A DNA stretch of 64,000 nt from Spirochaetia bacterium. GTDB taxonomy: Bacteria; Spirochaetota; Spirochaetia; UBA9216. Shown piece after piece: positions 18,191 to 28,361 of the stretch. How positions within the stretch are numbered: the first letter of the stretch is position 1; every line of letters begins with the position of its first letter. The notes below the pieces were generated by a model that saw nothing but the letters and a program-made list of their open reading frames with translations, did no database searches and was not told where the DNA came from. The stretch spans positions 544,001 through 608,000 of the forward strand of contig OY776510.1 in the NCBI GenBank assembly GCA_963675665.1. The letters are read 5' to 3'. A program made the translations under genes and the position numbers.

Positions 18191-19657
18191 TCAGACCGAA
18201 TCAAATCTCAATCGGACTGTTGTTCCTTTTCCGGATTCACTCAATATTTCCAGTGTTCCGTCGTTTTCACTGGTAAATTTCTGTATCAGGTATAATCCCA
18301 GTCCTACCCCTTTCTCTCCGGAGGTTCCTCTTGAAGATTTGTTTAGTGGCGACTGAAGCATTCTTTGATCCACTATCATGCCGCGACCATTATCAATTAC
18401 GCTTAAAACAATATCATCTTCTGTATTTTCGCAAACGACCCTGATCTCACCTGATTTATCGGAGAATTTCAACGCATTGGAAAGAATGTTCCGCATTACA
18501 ACTTTAAAGGTGTCCGGGTCAACATTAATATACACATCAGATTCTGACTCAATATTTACTATAATGTCCTTGTCATCAAACATCGACTGCAATTCAAGAA
18601 TGTTTTCATTTATCAAATCTACAGGATTACAACGTTGTTTTCTTATTTTATGACCAGCCAGTTCCAGCCTGGACCATTCAAGCAGATTATTAAGCAGCAT
18701 ATCCGTATTTTCAAGCGCCTTTCTTAATTCAGAAATATACTCTTTTCTGAGGTCATCCTGCAGCGTATCGAATTCATTATCTACCGTTTTTGCAATTGAG
18801 GTTATTCCTGCCATTGGACCTGTCAAATCATGTGCGATAATTGAGAAAAGATGGGTCTTTAGCTGGTTTGCTTCATTCAGCTCTTTAAAAATACTGTCGT
18901 GAGGCTCTATTATATTTTTCCTGATTATCGCACGGTAAATGAAGTAAAACGAAACAATTTTTGCAAAATGACCGACCATATTTGAAACGCCGTAATTATC
19001 AATGTAAAAAATAAAAGCAAACTCGGACAATATTGTAAAGAATACGGACAAAGTCATATAAATGAATGTATCTTTATCAAAAAACTTCTTTTTTCTTATA
19101 AAATTTATCATTGTTAAAGACAATATTAAAATGATGATATACTCGGATATGATTTTAAATTGTGTCTGACCCATACCCTCTATAAAACATTCCGGGAAAA
19201 TATCCGAAAACAGTATTGAATATGTAAAGAGTACCGTAACAGCTGTATATAGAATGATTGTGAAATTAGTGGATATTTTAACTTTTCGATTGATGAAAAT
19301 TGAACCGCTTAGCAAAGTAACCGACTCAATCATTCTGCCGGCAATCCAGAACTGGTTTGCATAATAATCATAGTCTCTGAAAATCGACATGCCCTTATAC
19401 CCGAAGGTGTGAAGCAAATCGATAAATCCTATGAACAGGTATGCTATGCCGTATAATAAAAGATAATTATCTTTTAGATAGCTTCTTCCGTTCCAGACAA
19501 TTATAAATACGCTGAATGCAATTACAATACTGAATATTTCAGCAAAAAGATGAAAAAGAAGATAGTTACCGAGTTGGATAATATATAGAATCGAAAAAAT
19601 AATTGCCGTAAGTATAAGCAGTTTAATGTTTGAATCAAGCTTTGTACCGGTTTTCAT
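18191..19657 (-). CDS. MASE3-domain sensor histidine kinase
   Basis: NYLLFHLFAEIFSIVIA...DLLHTFGYKGM (MASE3); IIAHDLTGP H-box, RNILSNALKF, DNGRGM, GLGL. Confidence 0.92.
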   Translation of the reverse strand: MKTGTKLDSNIKLLILTAIIFSILYIIQLGNYLLFHLFAEIFSIVIAFSVFIIVWNGRSYLKDNYLLLYGIAYLFIGFIDLLHTFGYKGMSIFRDYDYYANQFWIAGRMIESVTLLSGSIFINRKVKISTNFTIILYTAVTVLFTYSILFSDIFPECFIEGMGQTQFKIISEYIIILILSLTMINFIRKKKFFDKDTFIYMTLSVFFTILSEFAFIFYIDNYGVSNMVGHFAKIVSFYFIYRAIIRKNIIEPHDSIFKELNEANQLKTHLFSIIAHDLTGPMAGITSIAKTVDNEFDTLQDDLRKEYISELRKALENTDMLLNNLLEWSRLELAGHKIRKQRCNPVDLINENILELQSMFDDKDIIVNIESESDVYINVDPDTFKVVMRNILSNALKFSDKSGEIRVVCENTEDDIVLSVIDNGRGMIVDQRMLQSPLNKSSRGTSGEKGVGLGLYLIQKFTSENDGTLEILSESGKGTTVRLRFDSV

Positions 19658-19754
19658 ATTTAAATATTAATAGATTGAACAAAAGAATGCAAATACCGGC
19701 AGGAATTATATATCACTACTTTATCTATTCATAACGGCAAGCCGGAGAACCGAT

Positions 19755-20837
19755 TTACAACAGATTCAGTTCGGTTACAGCATACTCTACCAACCATTTG
19801 ATCTCGGACCATTTTATTTTAAAAGGCCTGTCGGTATCTACCCTGTGTACAATCACAATCTCATATTCGGGCAGAACCAATAACATATGAACCCCAAGCC
19901 CGTTATGGTAAAAGGCATGTCCATACCCGGCTTCTTCGGGCACAATCCGCCATAAATATCCGTAAGGGTCTCCTGCGGGGTTTTCTACGGGCCGAATCTG
20001 GGTGCTTTCTGCAATCCATTCTTCAGGTACAATTTGCCGGCCATTCCATAAACCGCCCTTCGAATACAATTCCCCGAACAGGGCAAGGTCCCTGCTGGAC
20101 ATGCGGAAAAAATACGAAGGATGCATCGAACGGGTTTCTTCAACAACATACGTACCGTCGGACGGGACAAAATCCTCCATCCCCAACGGGACCGCAATTT
20201 CACGATAAAACGCTTCAAAGATATCTTCACCTGTGAGCCTCCGAAATATCGTTCCAAGCACATTAAAGTCCCAATTATTATAGTAGAAATAAGTTCCGGG
20301 ACTGTGGCTTCCCCGCGGAGGCCGGGCGTCAATCATCGATTGAGCTTCACCGCCGGCCGGATGGTACACCCCCGATCTGGACAAAAGCAAATCCTGAACA
20401 GTTGCCTGCTGCTCTTTTTGTGTTAATGCCGGTTCAATATCGTTAATTCCAAGATCTGCCAAAGTCAGATTCAGATCGATCATTCCCCGTTCCCTGTAGA
20501 TTCCGTAAAGGGCTCCCAAAAACGGTTTTCTGATTGAGTGGCACATATATTTTTTTGATAAATCTCCGTAAGAAAAAACTTCGCGGCCGCCTTTTTTTAT
20601 AAGAAGCACTGCTGTTCCGATTTTCTCAGCTTCGTTAGCAATCCGGTTATTTACAGTCATACTTTCTTTATCCGGACCAGTTTGAACTTCAGAGGTATCC
20701 GATTTTGAACATGCTAAAAGTAAAAATCCAAAGAGAAAAATACAGTTCAACAAGAAATACCGGGGAGTTTTGGAAAATTTATTTTTAATTTGTCTCATTA
20801 ATAATACTATACCCGTACTATCCATTTCTTCAAACAA
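19755..20837 (-). CDS. Serine hydrolase, beta-lactamase/AmpC-like family (probable lipoprotein)
   Basis: HSIRK (SxxK), FYYNNWDF, YGYLW; LLACS lipobox; start uncertain. Confidence 0.85.
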   Translation of the reverse strand: MFEEMDSTGIVLLMRQIKNKFSKTPRYFLLNCIFLFGFLLLACSKSDTSEVQTGPDKESMTVNNRIANEAEKIGTAVLLIKKGGREVFSYGDLSKKYMCHSIRKPFLGALYGIYRERGMIDLNLTLADLGINDIEPALTQKEQQATVQDLLLSRSGVYHPAGGEAQSMIDARPPRGSHSPGTYFYYNNWDFNVLGTIFRRLTGEDIFEAFYREIAVPLGMEDFVPSDGTYVVEETRSMHPSYFFRMSSRDLALFGELYSKGGLWNGRQIVPEEWIAESTQIRPVENPAGDPYGYLWRIVPEEAGYGHAFYHNGLGVHMLLVLPEYEIVIVHRVDTDRPFKIKWSEIKWLVEYAVTELNLL

Positions 20838-20930
20838 TATTATTTATATTTTCTGAACAACGAAAAATCAGCATTTTCCAAAAACGTTCTTGCTGAAAAT
20901 GGAATATAGTGTATCCTTAAAAAGAAAACA

Positions 20931-23555
20931 GTGAATATTCCGATTATGCAATCAAGTTTATATATCCCGAAATCAAGAGCTGATTTGCTGGAACGACCCC
21001 GGTTATCGGAAAAACTTGATAACGCCCTCCCTCTCAGGCTTATCCTGATTTCCGCGCCGGCAGGGTTCGGAAAAACCAGCCTGATAAGTTCCTGGACGGC
21101 AAAACTTCCTTATAAATGCTGCTGGTTATCATTAAACGACAGCATTACCGATTCCATCCAGTTTCTGCGTTATTTTATTTCAGCGCTGAGAACAATCAAA
21201 CCCGATGTATGCAATTCGGTATTATCTGCAATCGAGTCTCCGAAAACGCCCGATGCCCTTTCGGTTTTTCCTTTCGTTGTTGATGAATTAGCCGGAATGC
21301 CGGAGCTGGTATTCGTTCTTGATGATTATCACCTGATCAATGATCAGAATACGGATTTTATACTGGAAAAGCTTATAAAAGTAATGCCGCCGCATTTTCA
21401 TCTGGTAATATCCACCAGGTCTGATCCTCTGTTCTCTCTTTCGCTTTTAAGAGGTCGAAGGGAACTGTGTGAAATCCGGGCCGATCAGCTGCGCTTTTCA
21501 AGAGAAGAAACTTTTTATCTTCTGACAGAACTTCATCACCAGGAACTGCAAAGAACTGAAACCGATTCACTCTACCGTAAAACCGAGGGCTGGATTACCG
21601 GATTGCAGATGGCCCTTCTTTCCCTTGAAGAACGTGAGAATAAAAACGACTTTATAAAGGATTTCTCCGCAAGCAACATTTATATTCTCGACTACCTGAT
21701 GGAACAGGTTCTGAGCAGCCAAAAAGCCGAAATGAGGGAATTCCTTCTCTGCACCTCGGTTCTTAACCGGATGTCTGCAGAACTCTGTAAAGAGGTAACC
21801 GAAAATAAAAATGCCGGAATCCTGCTTGAAGAAGCTGTCCGCTCCAATATGTTCATACAGCCGCTGGATTCAAATGGCGAATGGTTCAGATACCACCATC
21901 TTTTCAGAGAGCTGCTTTTAAACAGATTGAAGATTAATGATAATACGCGCATTTCGGTCCTTCATAAAAATGCCATGCGGTGGTTCAGGTCTAAAGGAGA
22001 TTTGTACGATGCGATTAATCACGGCATTGCTTCAAAGGAATTCGATTCAGTTCTGGATCTCCTGTCAAAATATATTAAGGAGATCTGGAGCAAAGGCGAG
22101 CAACAGCAGTTGTCGATATGGAGCTCAAGAATACCGACAGAAAAACTTCATTCCCGGCCCGATATTCTCGCTCAATACGCTTTAACGCTCTCGTTTGCCG
22201 GACGTTTTTCTGAAGCGGAAGAATTGATTAACGTTTTGAATCAAGCCTCTGAAAACAGAATTACCCCGGGCCTTTTTTCTTTGATAAAGGCTTTTCACGC
22301 AATATGGAGGGGGGAAATTGAAGAAGCCAGATTGTACAATAAAGAAGGAATGAAAAAGCTGGCGGAAAATGACCATATTTACCAGACGCTGGCATATTCA
22401 CTGTACGGCGATATTTGTGTTTTCGACGGACTCATGAAAGATTGCGAAACCGTATGGATTAAAGCTATGGACCATGCCATGAAAGCTGAAAATATTTTTC
22501 TTTCACACTGGGCCGGGGCCAAGGTGATCATCAGCAGGAAACGCCTTGGTAAACTGGCAGAAGCCGGGCAGACGTACAATTTGCTCACCACCGAAAGAAT
22601 CGGTATATCCGATTCAGCGGTAAGCGGGGCATATTATTCCGTAGCGGGAGATATTTTTCTTGAATGGCTGAATACCGACAAGGCCCTGAACCTTTTTAAA
22701 AAAGGCCTCTTTCTAAGTGAGCGCCAGGATTATACCGGAGGGATTGCCTGGAGCTCGCTGTCTTTAATTCACGCAAGGTATCTTCTTTCCGAATATGAGC
22801 TTGTTGAAAAAGGAATTGAGACTCTCGAAAGCAGAATCGCCGGCGGAAGGCTCCCCGACTGGACCAACTCCTGGCTTTCTGCCTGGAAGATCAGGTTTTA
22901 TCTCTATTCGGGCGAAATAAAAAAAGCGGAAAATATTCTCAGAGACAGAAAGATTGAGATATCCGGAAAGATAAGTTATCCGCGGGAAATTGAGCACCTT
23001 GAGCTGGCAAGGTATTATCTTGCAAAAGAACCGGAAAAAGCGTCCGGGGTGATCTCCGTATTAAAAAAAAGATTCAGGGAAATTTGCTGGATTGATCGCT
23101 GGTATGAAGCATGCCTTCTTGAAATCCTGCATCTTAAAATAACCGGGAATCAGGCCGACGCTGTTGACAAGCTGAACTCTCTTCTATCGGCAACAGCTCC
23201 GGAAAAATATTCAAGGCTTTATATTATTGAACGACAGCCTGTCGCTGAACTTTTATACAGCCTGATAGAGCAGAAAAAATCAACAGAAGAAGCGGGAAGG
23301 CTGCTCGAATTGGCGCCGCGCTATGCCGGTGAAAAAAAGCATCAGAACTCCGGTATTGAAGAACCGCTCAGCGAAAGAGAGCTTGCAGTACTGGCAGTTA
23401 TAGCTTCCGGCAAAACAAACAAGGAAGCTGCCGACGAACTTTTCATTTCAGAAGGAACAGTAAAAAATCATTTGAAAAGTATCTTCAAAAAAATGAATGT
23501 CGGCAGCAGAACGCAGGCTGCAGCGCACGCAAGAGCTCTGGGACTGATAAAATAG
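20931..23555 (+). CDS. MalT-like large ATP-binding LuxR regulator (STAND)
   Basis: RPRL, SAPAGFGKT, VLDDYH, TEGW, FRYHHLF, TPR-like helices, LSERELAVL...NKEAA..LFISEGTVKNH HTH. Confidence 0.93.
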   Translation: MNIPIMQSSLYIPKSRADLLERPRLSEKLDNALPLRLILISAPAGFGKTSLISSWTAKLPYKCCWLSLNDSITDSIQFLRYFISALRTIKPDVCNSVLSAIESPKTPDALSVFPFVVDELAGMPELVFVLDDYHLINDQNTDFILEKLIKVMPPHFHLVISTRSDPLFSLSLLRGRRELCEIRADQLRFSREETFYLLTELHHQELQRTETDSLYRKTEGWITGLQMALLSLEERENKNDFIKDFSASNIYILDYLMEQVLSSQKAEMREFLLCTSVLNRMSAELCKEVTENKNAGILLEEAVRSNMFIQPLDSNGEWFRYHHLFRELLLNRLKINDNTRISVLHKNAMRWFRSKGDLYDAINHGIASKEFDSVLDLLSKYIKEIWSKGEQQQLSIWSSRIPTEKLHSRPDILAQYALTLSFAGRFSEAEELINVLNQASENRITPGLFSLIKAFHAIWRGEIEEARLYNKEGMKKLAENDHIYQTLAYSLYGDICVFDGLMKDCETVWIKAMDHAMKAENIFLSHWAGAKVIISRKRLGKLAEAGQTYNLLTTERIGISDSAVSGAYYSVAGDIFLEWLNTDKALNLFKKGLFLSERQDYTGGIAWSSLSLIHARYLLSEYELVEKGIETLESRIAGGRLPDWTNSWLSAWKIRFYLYSGEIKKAENILRDRKIEISGKISYPREIEHLELARYYLAKEPEKASGVISVLKKRFREICWIDRWYEACLLEILHLKITGNQADAVDKLNSLLSATAPEKYSRLYIIERQPVAELLYSLIEQKKSTEEAGRLLELAPRYAGEKKHQNSGIEEPLSERELAVLAVIASGKTNKEAADELFISEGTVKNHLKSIFKKMNVGSRTQAAAHARALGLIK

Positions 23556-23638
23556 CCCTTAAATGTCCCTTATGGGATATTCCGCTTTTTCATGGAACCT
23601 TTATAATTTAAAAACACTAAAGAGATTGGTATTGAGGT

Positions 23639-23860
23639 TTGCTGAAAAACTACAGGATAACAATAAAAGAAACACTTGATGATGATTACAGAAAAAGATT
23701 CGAGGACTGGAATTTATTTGTTAATGACAACGGAAGCTCTGAATTGACCGGACCAGCAATAGACCAGTCCGGGTTATACGGGGTTCTGAATTTAATCCAG
23801 AGATTAAACCTGACCTTAATATCGATAACTTCAGAAAAAGAAGAAAATTCAGGAGAATGA
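23639..23860 (+). CDS. Small ACT-like protein associated with MalT-like regulators
   Basis: YRITIK...LTGPAIDQSGLYGVLNLIQRLNLTLIS; GAGG before TTG. Confidence 0.75.
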   Translation: MLKNYRITIKETLDDDYRKRFEDWNLFVNDNGSSELTGPAIDQSGLYGVLNLIQRLNLTLISITSEKEENSGE

Positions 23861-24045
23861 TTATGAAAACATCCAAAATTATTAACACAATACTTCAGGC
23901 AGTCGGTTTCGGAATGGGCGTCGCCGTACTTGTGCTGCATATTATGTCGGTGATCACCCCGGAAGCAGCAGTAAGCATGCTCGCAATAGGACTTGTAGCA
24001 ATGGGACTATCAGGGCTGAAACAAGTTGAAACGGAGAAGGAATGA
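23857..24045 (+). CDS. Small two-TM membrane protein
   Basis: AVGFGMGVAVLVL and MLAIGLVAMGL; ATGA overlaps at both ends; AGGAG RBS. Confidence 0.7.
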   Translation: MIMKTSKIINTILQAVGFGMGVAVLVLHIMSVITPEAAVSMLAIGLVAMGLSGLKQVETEKE

Positions 24046-24842
24046 ATCGTTATCTTTTTAAAGGAATTCTTTTTGCATTAATACTGAATGCGGCAGGATG
24101 GGCATCATGGTTTCTGGGCGAAGCGGGAATGATGCTCTGGCTTGTCTCTCCGCTTCTTGTTTCTGTTGTTTTCAGATTGGTACAAAAAAACCGGAAGGGA
24201 ACCGGGATTAGGTTAATGTTCAGAGGGAACCTGTTCTCATATTTATTCGGAGTATTATATTTTCCGGCAGCTGTGGCTGTTGTAATCGCAGTCGGAGCAG
24301 TAACAGGGTTGATATTTCTGCGGGATTTCAGGGGTGACATTTTTCTTCAGGCCGCAGCAGCAGGATTCCTGTTCACCTTTGTTAAAAATATTTTCGAGGA
24401 ATTTGCATGGCGCGGTTTTCTGACCCCGACCTTTATTGAAGCAGGTCTTCATCCTCTTGCAAACCATCTGTTAACCGGACTTATCTGGGGAAGCTGGCAC
24501 CTCCCCTATTATCTGGGGCTGCTTGATTCTTCGGTAATTTCAGTTTATTCATCTTTACAATTGCCGGTTTTTGTAATAATCACCCTGGTCAGCATGCTTC
24601 CTGCTGCTATATTGTTTGGTGAATTAAGATTGCTCTCGGGTTCAACCTGGCCTGCCGTGCTGCTTCACACTTTCAGCAATATAATCATCATGAATCTTCT
24701 AACCGGAGGACAACTTGTCTTCAACGGGCCCGGCGAATTATTGTTGAGTCCTGGCTGGCACGGAATAGTAATGATGATTCTTATACTGGCTTCAGGTCTT
24801 GCACTTTACAGGCATAGAACCAAAAAGGAACTATACACCTAG
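24042..24842 (+). CDS. CPBP (Abi/CAAX-type) intramembrane metalloprotease
   Basis: FEEFAWRGFL, WGSWHLP, WPAVLLH. Confidence 0.9.
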   Translation: MNRYLFKGILFALILNAAGWASWFLGEAGMMLWLVSPLLVSVVFRLVQKNRKGTGIRLMFRGNLFSYLFGVLYFPAAVAVVIAVGAVTGLIFLRDFRGDIFLQAAAAGFLFTFVKNIFEEFAWRGFLTPTFIEAGLHPLANHLLTGLIWGSWHLPYYLGLLDSSVISVYSSLQLPVFVIITLVSMLPAAILFGELRLLSGSTWPAVLLHTFSNIIIMNLLTGGQLVFNGPGELLLSPGWHGIVMMILILASGLALYRHRTKKELYT

Positions 24843-24863
24843 AAGCTGTGCGTGCTACAAGCT

Positions 24864-24894
24864 GTTAATCCGGAAAAAATTTTTCCGGATTAAC
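24864..24894. terminator. Hairpin between convergent genes
   Basis: GTTAATCCGGAAAAA-a-TTTTTCCGGATTAAC, perfect 15-bp arms. Confidence 0.7.
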
Positions 24895-24895
24895 T

Positions 24896-26389
24896 TCAGG
24901 CCCAGTTCAGGCTTCTGCCGACAGCTTTTTTCCACCCCGAGTAAAGAAGCTCCCGTTCATCTTCCGGCATAGCAGGTTCAAAAACCCTGTCCACCTTCCA
25001 CTGTTTTGAAAGCTCATCCGTGTCTTTCCAGAACCCTGTTCCGAGCCCGGAAAAGTATGCAGCGCCCCTTGCCGCCATCTCGGTAATTTTAGGACGCTCA
25101 ACAGGAACCCCCAGTATATCGGCCTGAAACTGCATCAGCAGATCACTTTTTGTTGCTCCGCCGTCTACTCTCAGCATGCTGCACTTTCGGCTGAAATCTC
25201 CTTCCATAGCATCCACAACGTCACGGGTCTGATAAGCCAGCGAATCAAGGCAGGCCCGGGCTATCTGCTCTCTTGAGGAGCCCCTTGTAAGCCCGATTAT
25301 CAAACCTCTTGCATACATGTCCCAGTAAGGGGCACAAAGACCTGTAAAAGCCGGGACAAAATATATTTCATTTGTCGGTTTGACTTTCCGGGCCATGGTA
25401 TTTACCTCGTCCGAACTTTTTATTATTCCCAACCCGTCACGCAGCCACTGGATGGCCGCTCCACCGTTGAAAACAACACCTTCAAGCGCGTATTCAGTCC
25501 TGCCTTTCACCGACCATCCCAAATCAGTAGTCAGCCCGTGTTTTGAGTTAACGATCTCTTCTCCGGTGTTTATAAATAAAGCAAGAGACGTTCCATATGT
25601 GTTCTTGACCATCCCCGGAGAAAAACAGCACTGTCCGAATGTTGCGGCATGCTGATCTCCTGCAACGCCTGCAACCGGAAGAACTTTTTCAAGGAAATCT
25701 CCCTTTACGGTTTCTGCCAGGATGCCGGATGACGGCTTAATCTCCGGCAAAATTTTTTCAGGAATATTCATTATTTCCAGCAGCTCTTTATCCCATTCTT
25801 TCGTATGAATATTAAAAAGCAGAGTCCTTGATGCATTTGTATAGTCAGTAACATGATATCCGCCTCCGGACAGGTTCCAGATCAGCCAGGTATCAATTGT
25901 CCCCATCAAAATTTCCCCGTTTTCCATTCTCCGGCGCAATCCCTTGATATTTTCCATAAGCCAGATGATCTTTGTTCCGGAAAAATAAGCATCAATCAGC
26001 AAGCCTGTTTTCCTGTTTATAATTTCAGAATGCCCCTCCTCTTTCAGCCTCTCGCATATGGAAGCGGAGCGCCTGCACTGCCAAACAATTGCATTATATA
26101 CAGGGCGGCCGGTCTTCTTTTCCCACAGGATAATTGTTTCCCTCTGGTTGGTTATGCCGATTGAATCTATCTCGTCAGCCGTGACCGGACCTTTCATAAT
26201 TCTGTCTATGCATTCACGGAGTGAAGACAGATACTCCATCGGATCATGCTCAACCCAGCCCGGATTCGGGTAAATCTGGTTTATTTCAATGTACTCATTT
26301 GCAAATACCGCCCCGGAACGATCAAAAAGAATTACCCTGGTCCCGGTTGTTCCCTGGTCGATTGCCATAATATATTTTTTATCACTCAT
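24896..26389 (-). CDS. glpK: Glycerol kinase (FGGY family; exact substrate not certain)
   Basis: IDQGTTGTR, GITNQRET, WQCRR, YFSGTK, TNASRT, GDQ, KNTYGT, YALEG, DGG. Confidence 0.85.
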   Translation of the reverse strand: MSDKKYIMAIDQGTTGTRVILFDRSGAVFANEYIEINQIYPNPGWVEHDPMEYLSSLRECIDRIMKGPVTADEIDSIGITNQRETIILWEKKTGRPVYNAIVWQCRRSASICERLKEEGHSEIINRKTGLLIDAYFSGTKIIWLMENIKGLRRRMENGEILMGTIDTWLIWNLSGGGYHVTDYTNASRTLLFNIHTKEWDKELLEIMNIPEKILPEIKPSSGILAETVKGDFLEKVLPVAGVAGDQHAATFGQCCFSPGMVKNTYGTSLALFINTGEEIVNSKHGLTTDLGWSVKGRTEYALEGVVFNGGAAIQWLRDGLGIIKSSDEVNTMARKVKPTNEIYFVPAFTGLCAPYWDMYARGLIIGLTRGSSREQIARACLDSLAYQTRDVVDAMEGDFSRKCSMLRVDGGATKSDLLMQFQADILGVPVERPKITEMAARGAAYFSGLGTGFWKDTDELSKQWKVDRVFEPAMPEDERELLYSGWKKAVGRSLNWA

Positions 26390-26397
26390 TTCTTACC

Positions 26398-27441
26398 TCA
26401 AGGTTTTACTATTGCTTTAAAAATCGGCTCTGTTTTAATGTCCTCAAATGCTTTATTAATATCATCCAGACTATAGATTCTGCTTATGTATTTCTTCAGA
26501 TTAAGTTTCCCGCTTTCAACCAGCCCGAGAATCTTTCTGTTTTGCTCCGCAGTAGAAGCATGAACTCCGAACACGCCCAATTCCCTGTAATGAATAAGAT
26601 TACTGTCGAGATATCCGCTTGAAGGCTCCGGCAAACCTCCAAAAAGGCTGATTCTGCCTCTATGCGCTGCAGCCTGCAAAGCCTGTGAATGTGTAATTCC
26701 GGCTGAGCATGCGGTAATCAAAACATCTGCACCGATGCCTTCTGTTAATTCCATGATTTTATTTACAACTTCTGTTTTGCCCGGATCTATTATGGAAATA
26801 CCAGGAATCGTTCTTTCAGCCTGTTCAGCACGGTAACCGGAAAACTCAACCATAATTATGTTCCTGACGCCCTTCAACCCGGCAAGCTCGGCATGAATAC
26901 AGCCTATAAAACCCGCGCCGAAAATAACAACGGTATCGTCAGGGCTTATTTTCAGCAGCTGCTGCCCGTTAAATGCACATGCTACAGGCTCACAGAGAAT
27001 CACATCCTCTACTTCAAGAGGCTCAGAAACAGGAATAACATTTCCCATTCTGAAAGCCTGCAGCGGAATCTCCATAATTTCGGCGAATCCCCCGTCATAC
27101 TGAAACCCCAGAGTCTTCAAATTCGTACAGAGGTTTGTATAACCCTTTCTGCAGGGTGCACATTCGCCGCAACCTATTGCCGGAGCAATCAGGACCCGTT
27201 GCCCCACCGAAAAACCGTTCAACCGCACTGAATCACCAATATGTACAATCTCGGCGCATATTTCGTGGCCGATAATCCTGGGCGGTTCAATCTTGCTGCT
27301 GCCGTTTGCATAAATTCTTATATCCGTACCGCATATTGAACAGGCAAGTACTTTGGATATCACATTCTGCGAAGTCGGCTCCGGCACCTGAACCTCTTTC
27401 AGTTCAGGTTTTCCATTTCCTTCATAAACAAATGCTTTCAT
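26398..27441 (-). CDS. Zn-dependent polyol/sugar-alcohol dehydrogenase
   Basis: CGTD, GHE, CGECAPCRKGYTNLC, GAGFIG; ATG 27441. Confidence 0.9.
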   Translation of the reverse strand: MKAFVYEGNGKPELKEVQVPEPTSQNVISKVLACSICGTDIRIYANGSSKIEPPRIIGHEICAEIVHIGDSVRLNGFSVGQRVLIAPAIGCGECAPCRKGYTNLCTNLKTLGFQYDGGFAEIMEIPLQAFRMGNVIPVSEPLEVEDVILCEPVACAFNGQQLLKISPDDTVVIFGAGFIGCIHAELAGLKGVRNIIMVEFSGYRAEQAERTIPGISIIDPGKTEVVNKIMELTEGIGADVLITACSAGITHSQALQAAAHRGRISLFGGLPEPSSGYLDSNLIHYRELGVFGVHASTAEQNRKILGLVESGKLNLKKYISRIYSLDDINKAFEDIKTEPIFKAIVKP

Positions 27442-27445
27442 CAGC

Positions 27446-28201
27446 TTAATCCATATAATAACCGCCATTAATATTGATGGTTTCTCCGTTAATAAATCCC
27501 GCCTGGTCCGAGGCAAGAAAACACATTAGCCATGACATATCCTGTTCAGTGCCCAGTCTCCCGACAGGGATCTTTTCAGCCATTGCTTTTTTCTTTTCTT
27601 CAGGCCAGTACTGCATCATCGCGGTCATAACTGCATGGGGGGCAATCGCGTTGCACGTCACGCCGAACGGCCCCAGCTGTCTTGCAACTGATCTTGTAAG
27701 GCTTATTACCGCCCCCTTGGTTGCTCCGTAAACAAAGACGGTAGAATTGTCGCCGTTTTTACCGGTTATGGAAGCAACGTTTATAATTCTTCCGTAACGG
27801 GCTTTCTTCATATGGGGAGTTACCGCTCTTACGGTATACAGGACCCCTTTCAGGTTAATTGCAACAGTATTGTCAATTATTTCGTCGGTTGTTTCCTCGA
27901 TTGTTCCGGGAAGAAGAAGCCCTGCATTGTTTATGAGTATATCCAGGCTGCCGGAGCTTTTAACAATTCTGTCAATCAGTTTTTCAACCCGGATTCTGTC
28001 TGAAACATCACAGACTGCTGTTTCAAAACTGTATCCTGCCGACGCGAATTCCTTCTCTGCAGCATCGAGCCCTTCCCGATCAATGTCAGAAATTATTACA
28101 TGGGCCCCTTCTTTTGCCAAATCCAAAGCTGCCTGTTTTCCCATGCCTTTTGCTGCTCCCGTAACCAGAGCAGTCCGCTTTTCAAATCTTTTATCCGGCA
28201 T
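27446..28201 (-). CDS. Short-chain dehydrogenase/reductase
   Basis: TGAAKGMG, NNAG, YGATK, NAIAP. Confidence 0.93.
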   Translation of the reverse strand: MPDKRFEKRTALVTGAAKGMGKQAALDLAKEGAHVIISDIDREGLDAAEKEFASAGYSFETAVCDVSDRIRVEKLIDRIVKSSGSLDILINNAGLLLPGTIEETTDEIIDNTVAINLKGVLYTVRAVTPHMKKARYGRIINVASITGKNGDNSTVFVYGATKGAVISLTRSVARQLGPFGVTCNAIAPHAVMTAMMQYWPEEKKKAMAEKIPVGRLGTEQDMSWLMCFLASDQAGFINGETININGGYYMD

Positions 28202-28361
28202 AAGTACTCCCTTGATGTATTGTATTTAATCATTTGATGTTATTATTTTCACATGTTGTTGTTAATTTGTCAAGTTGTAGTTGTTTTAGCAACAAACCGA
28301 AATACAATATTCCCTTAAACCGGTTCCATACAAAGAGATAAAAAATGATTTTCTGTTGTAA

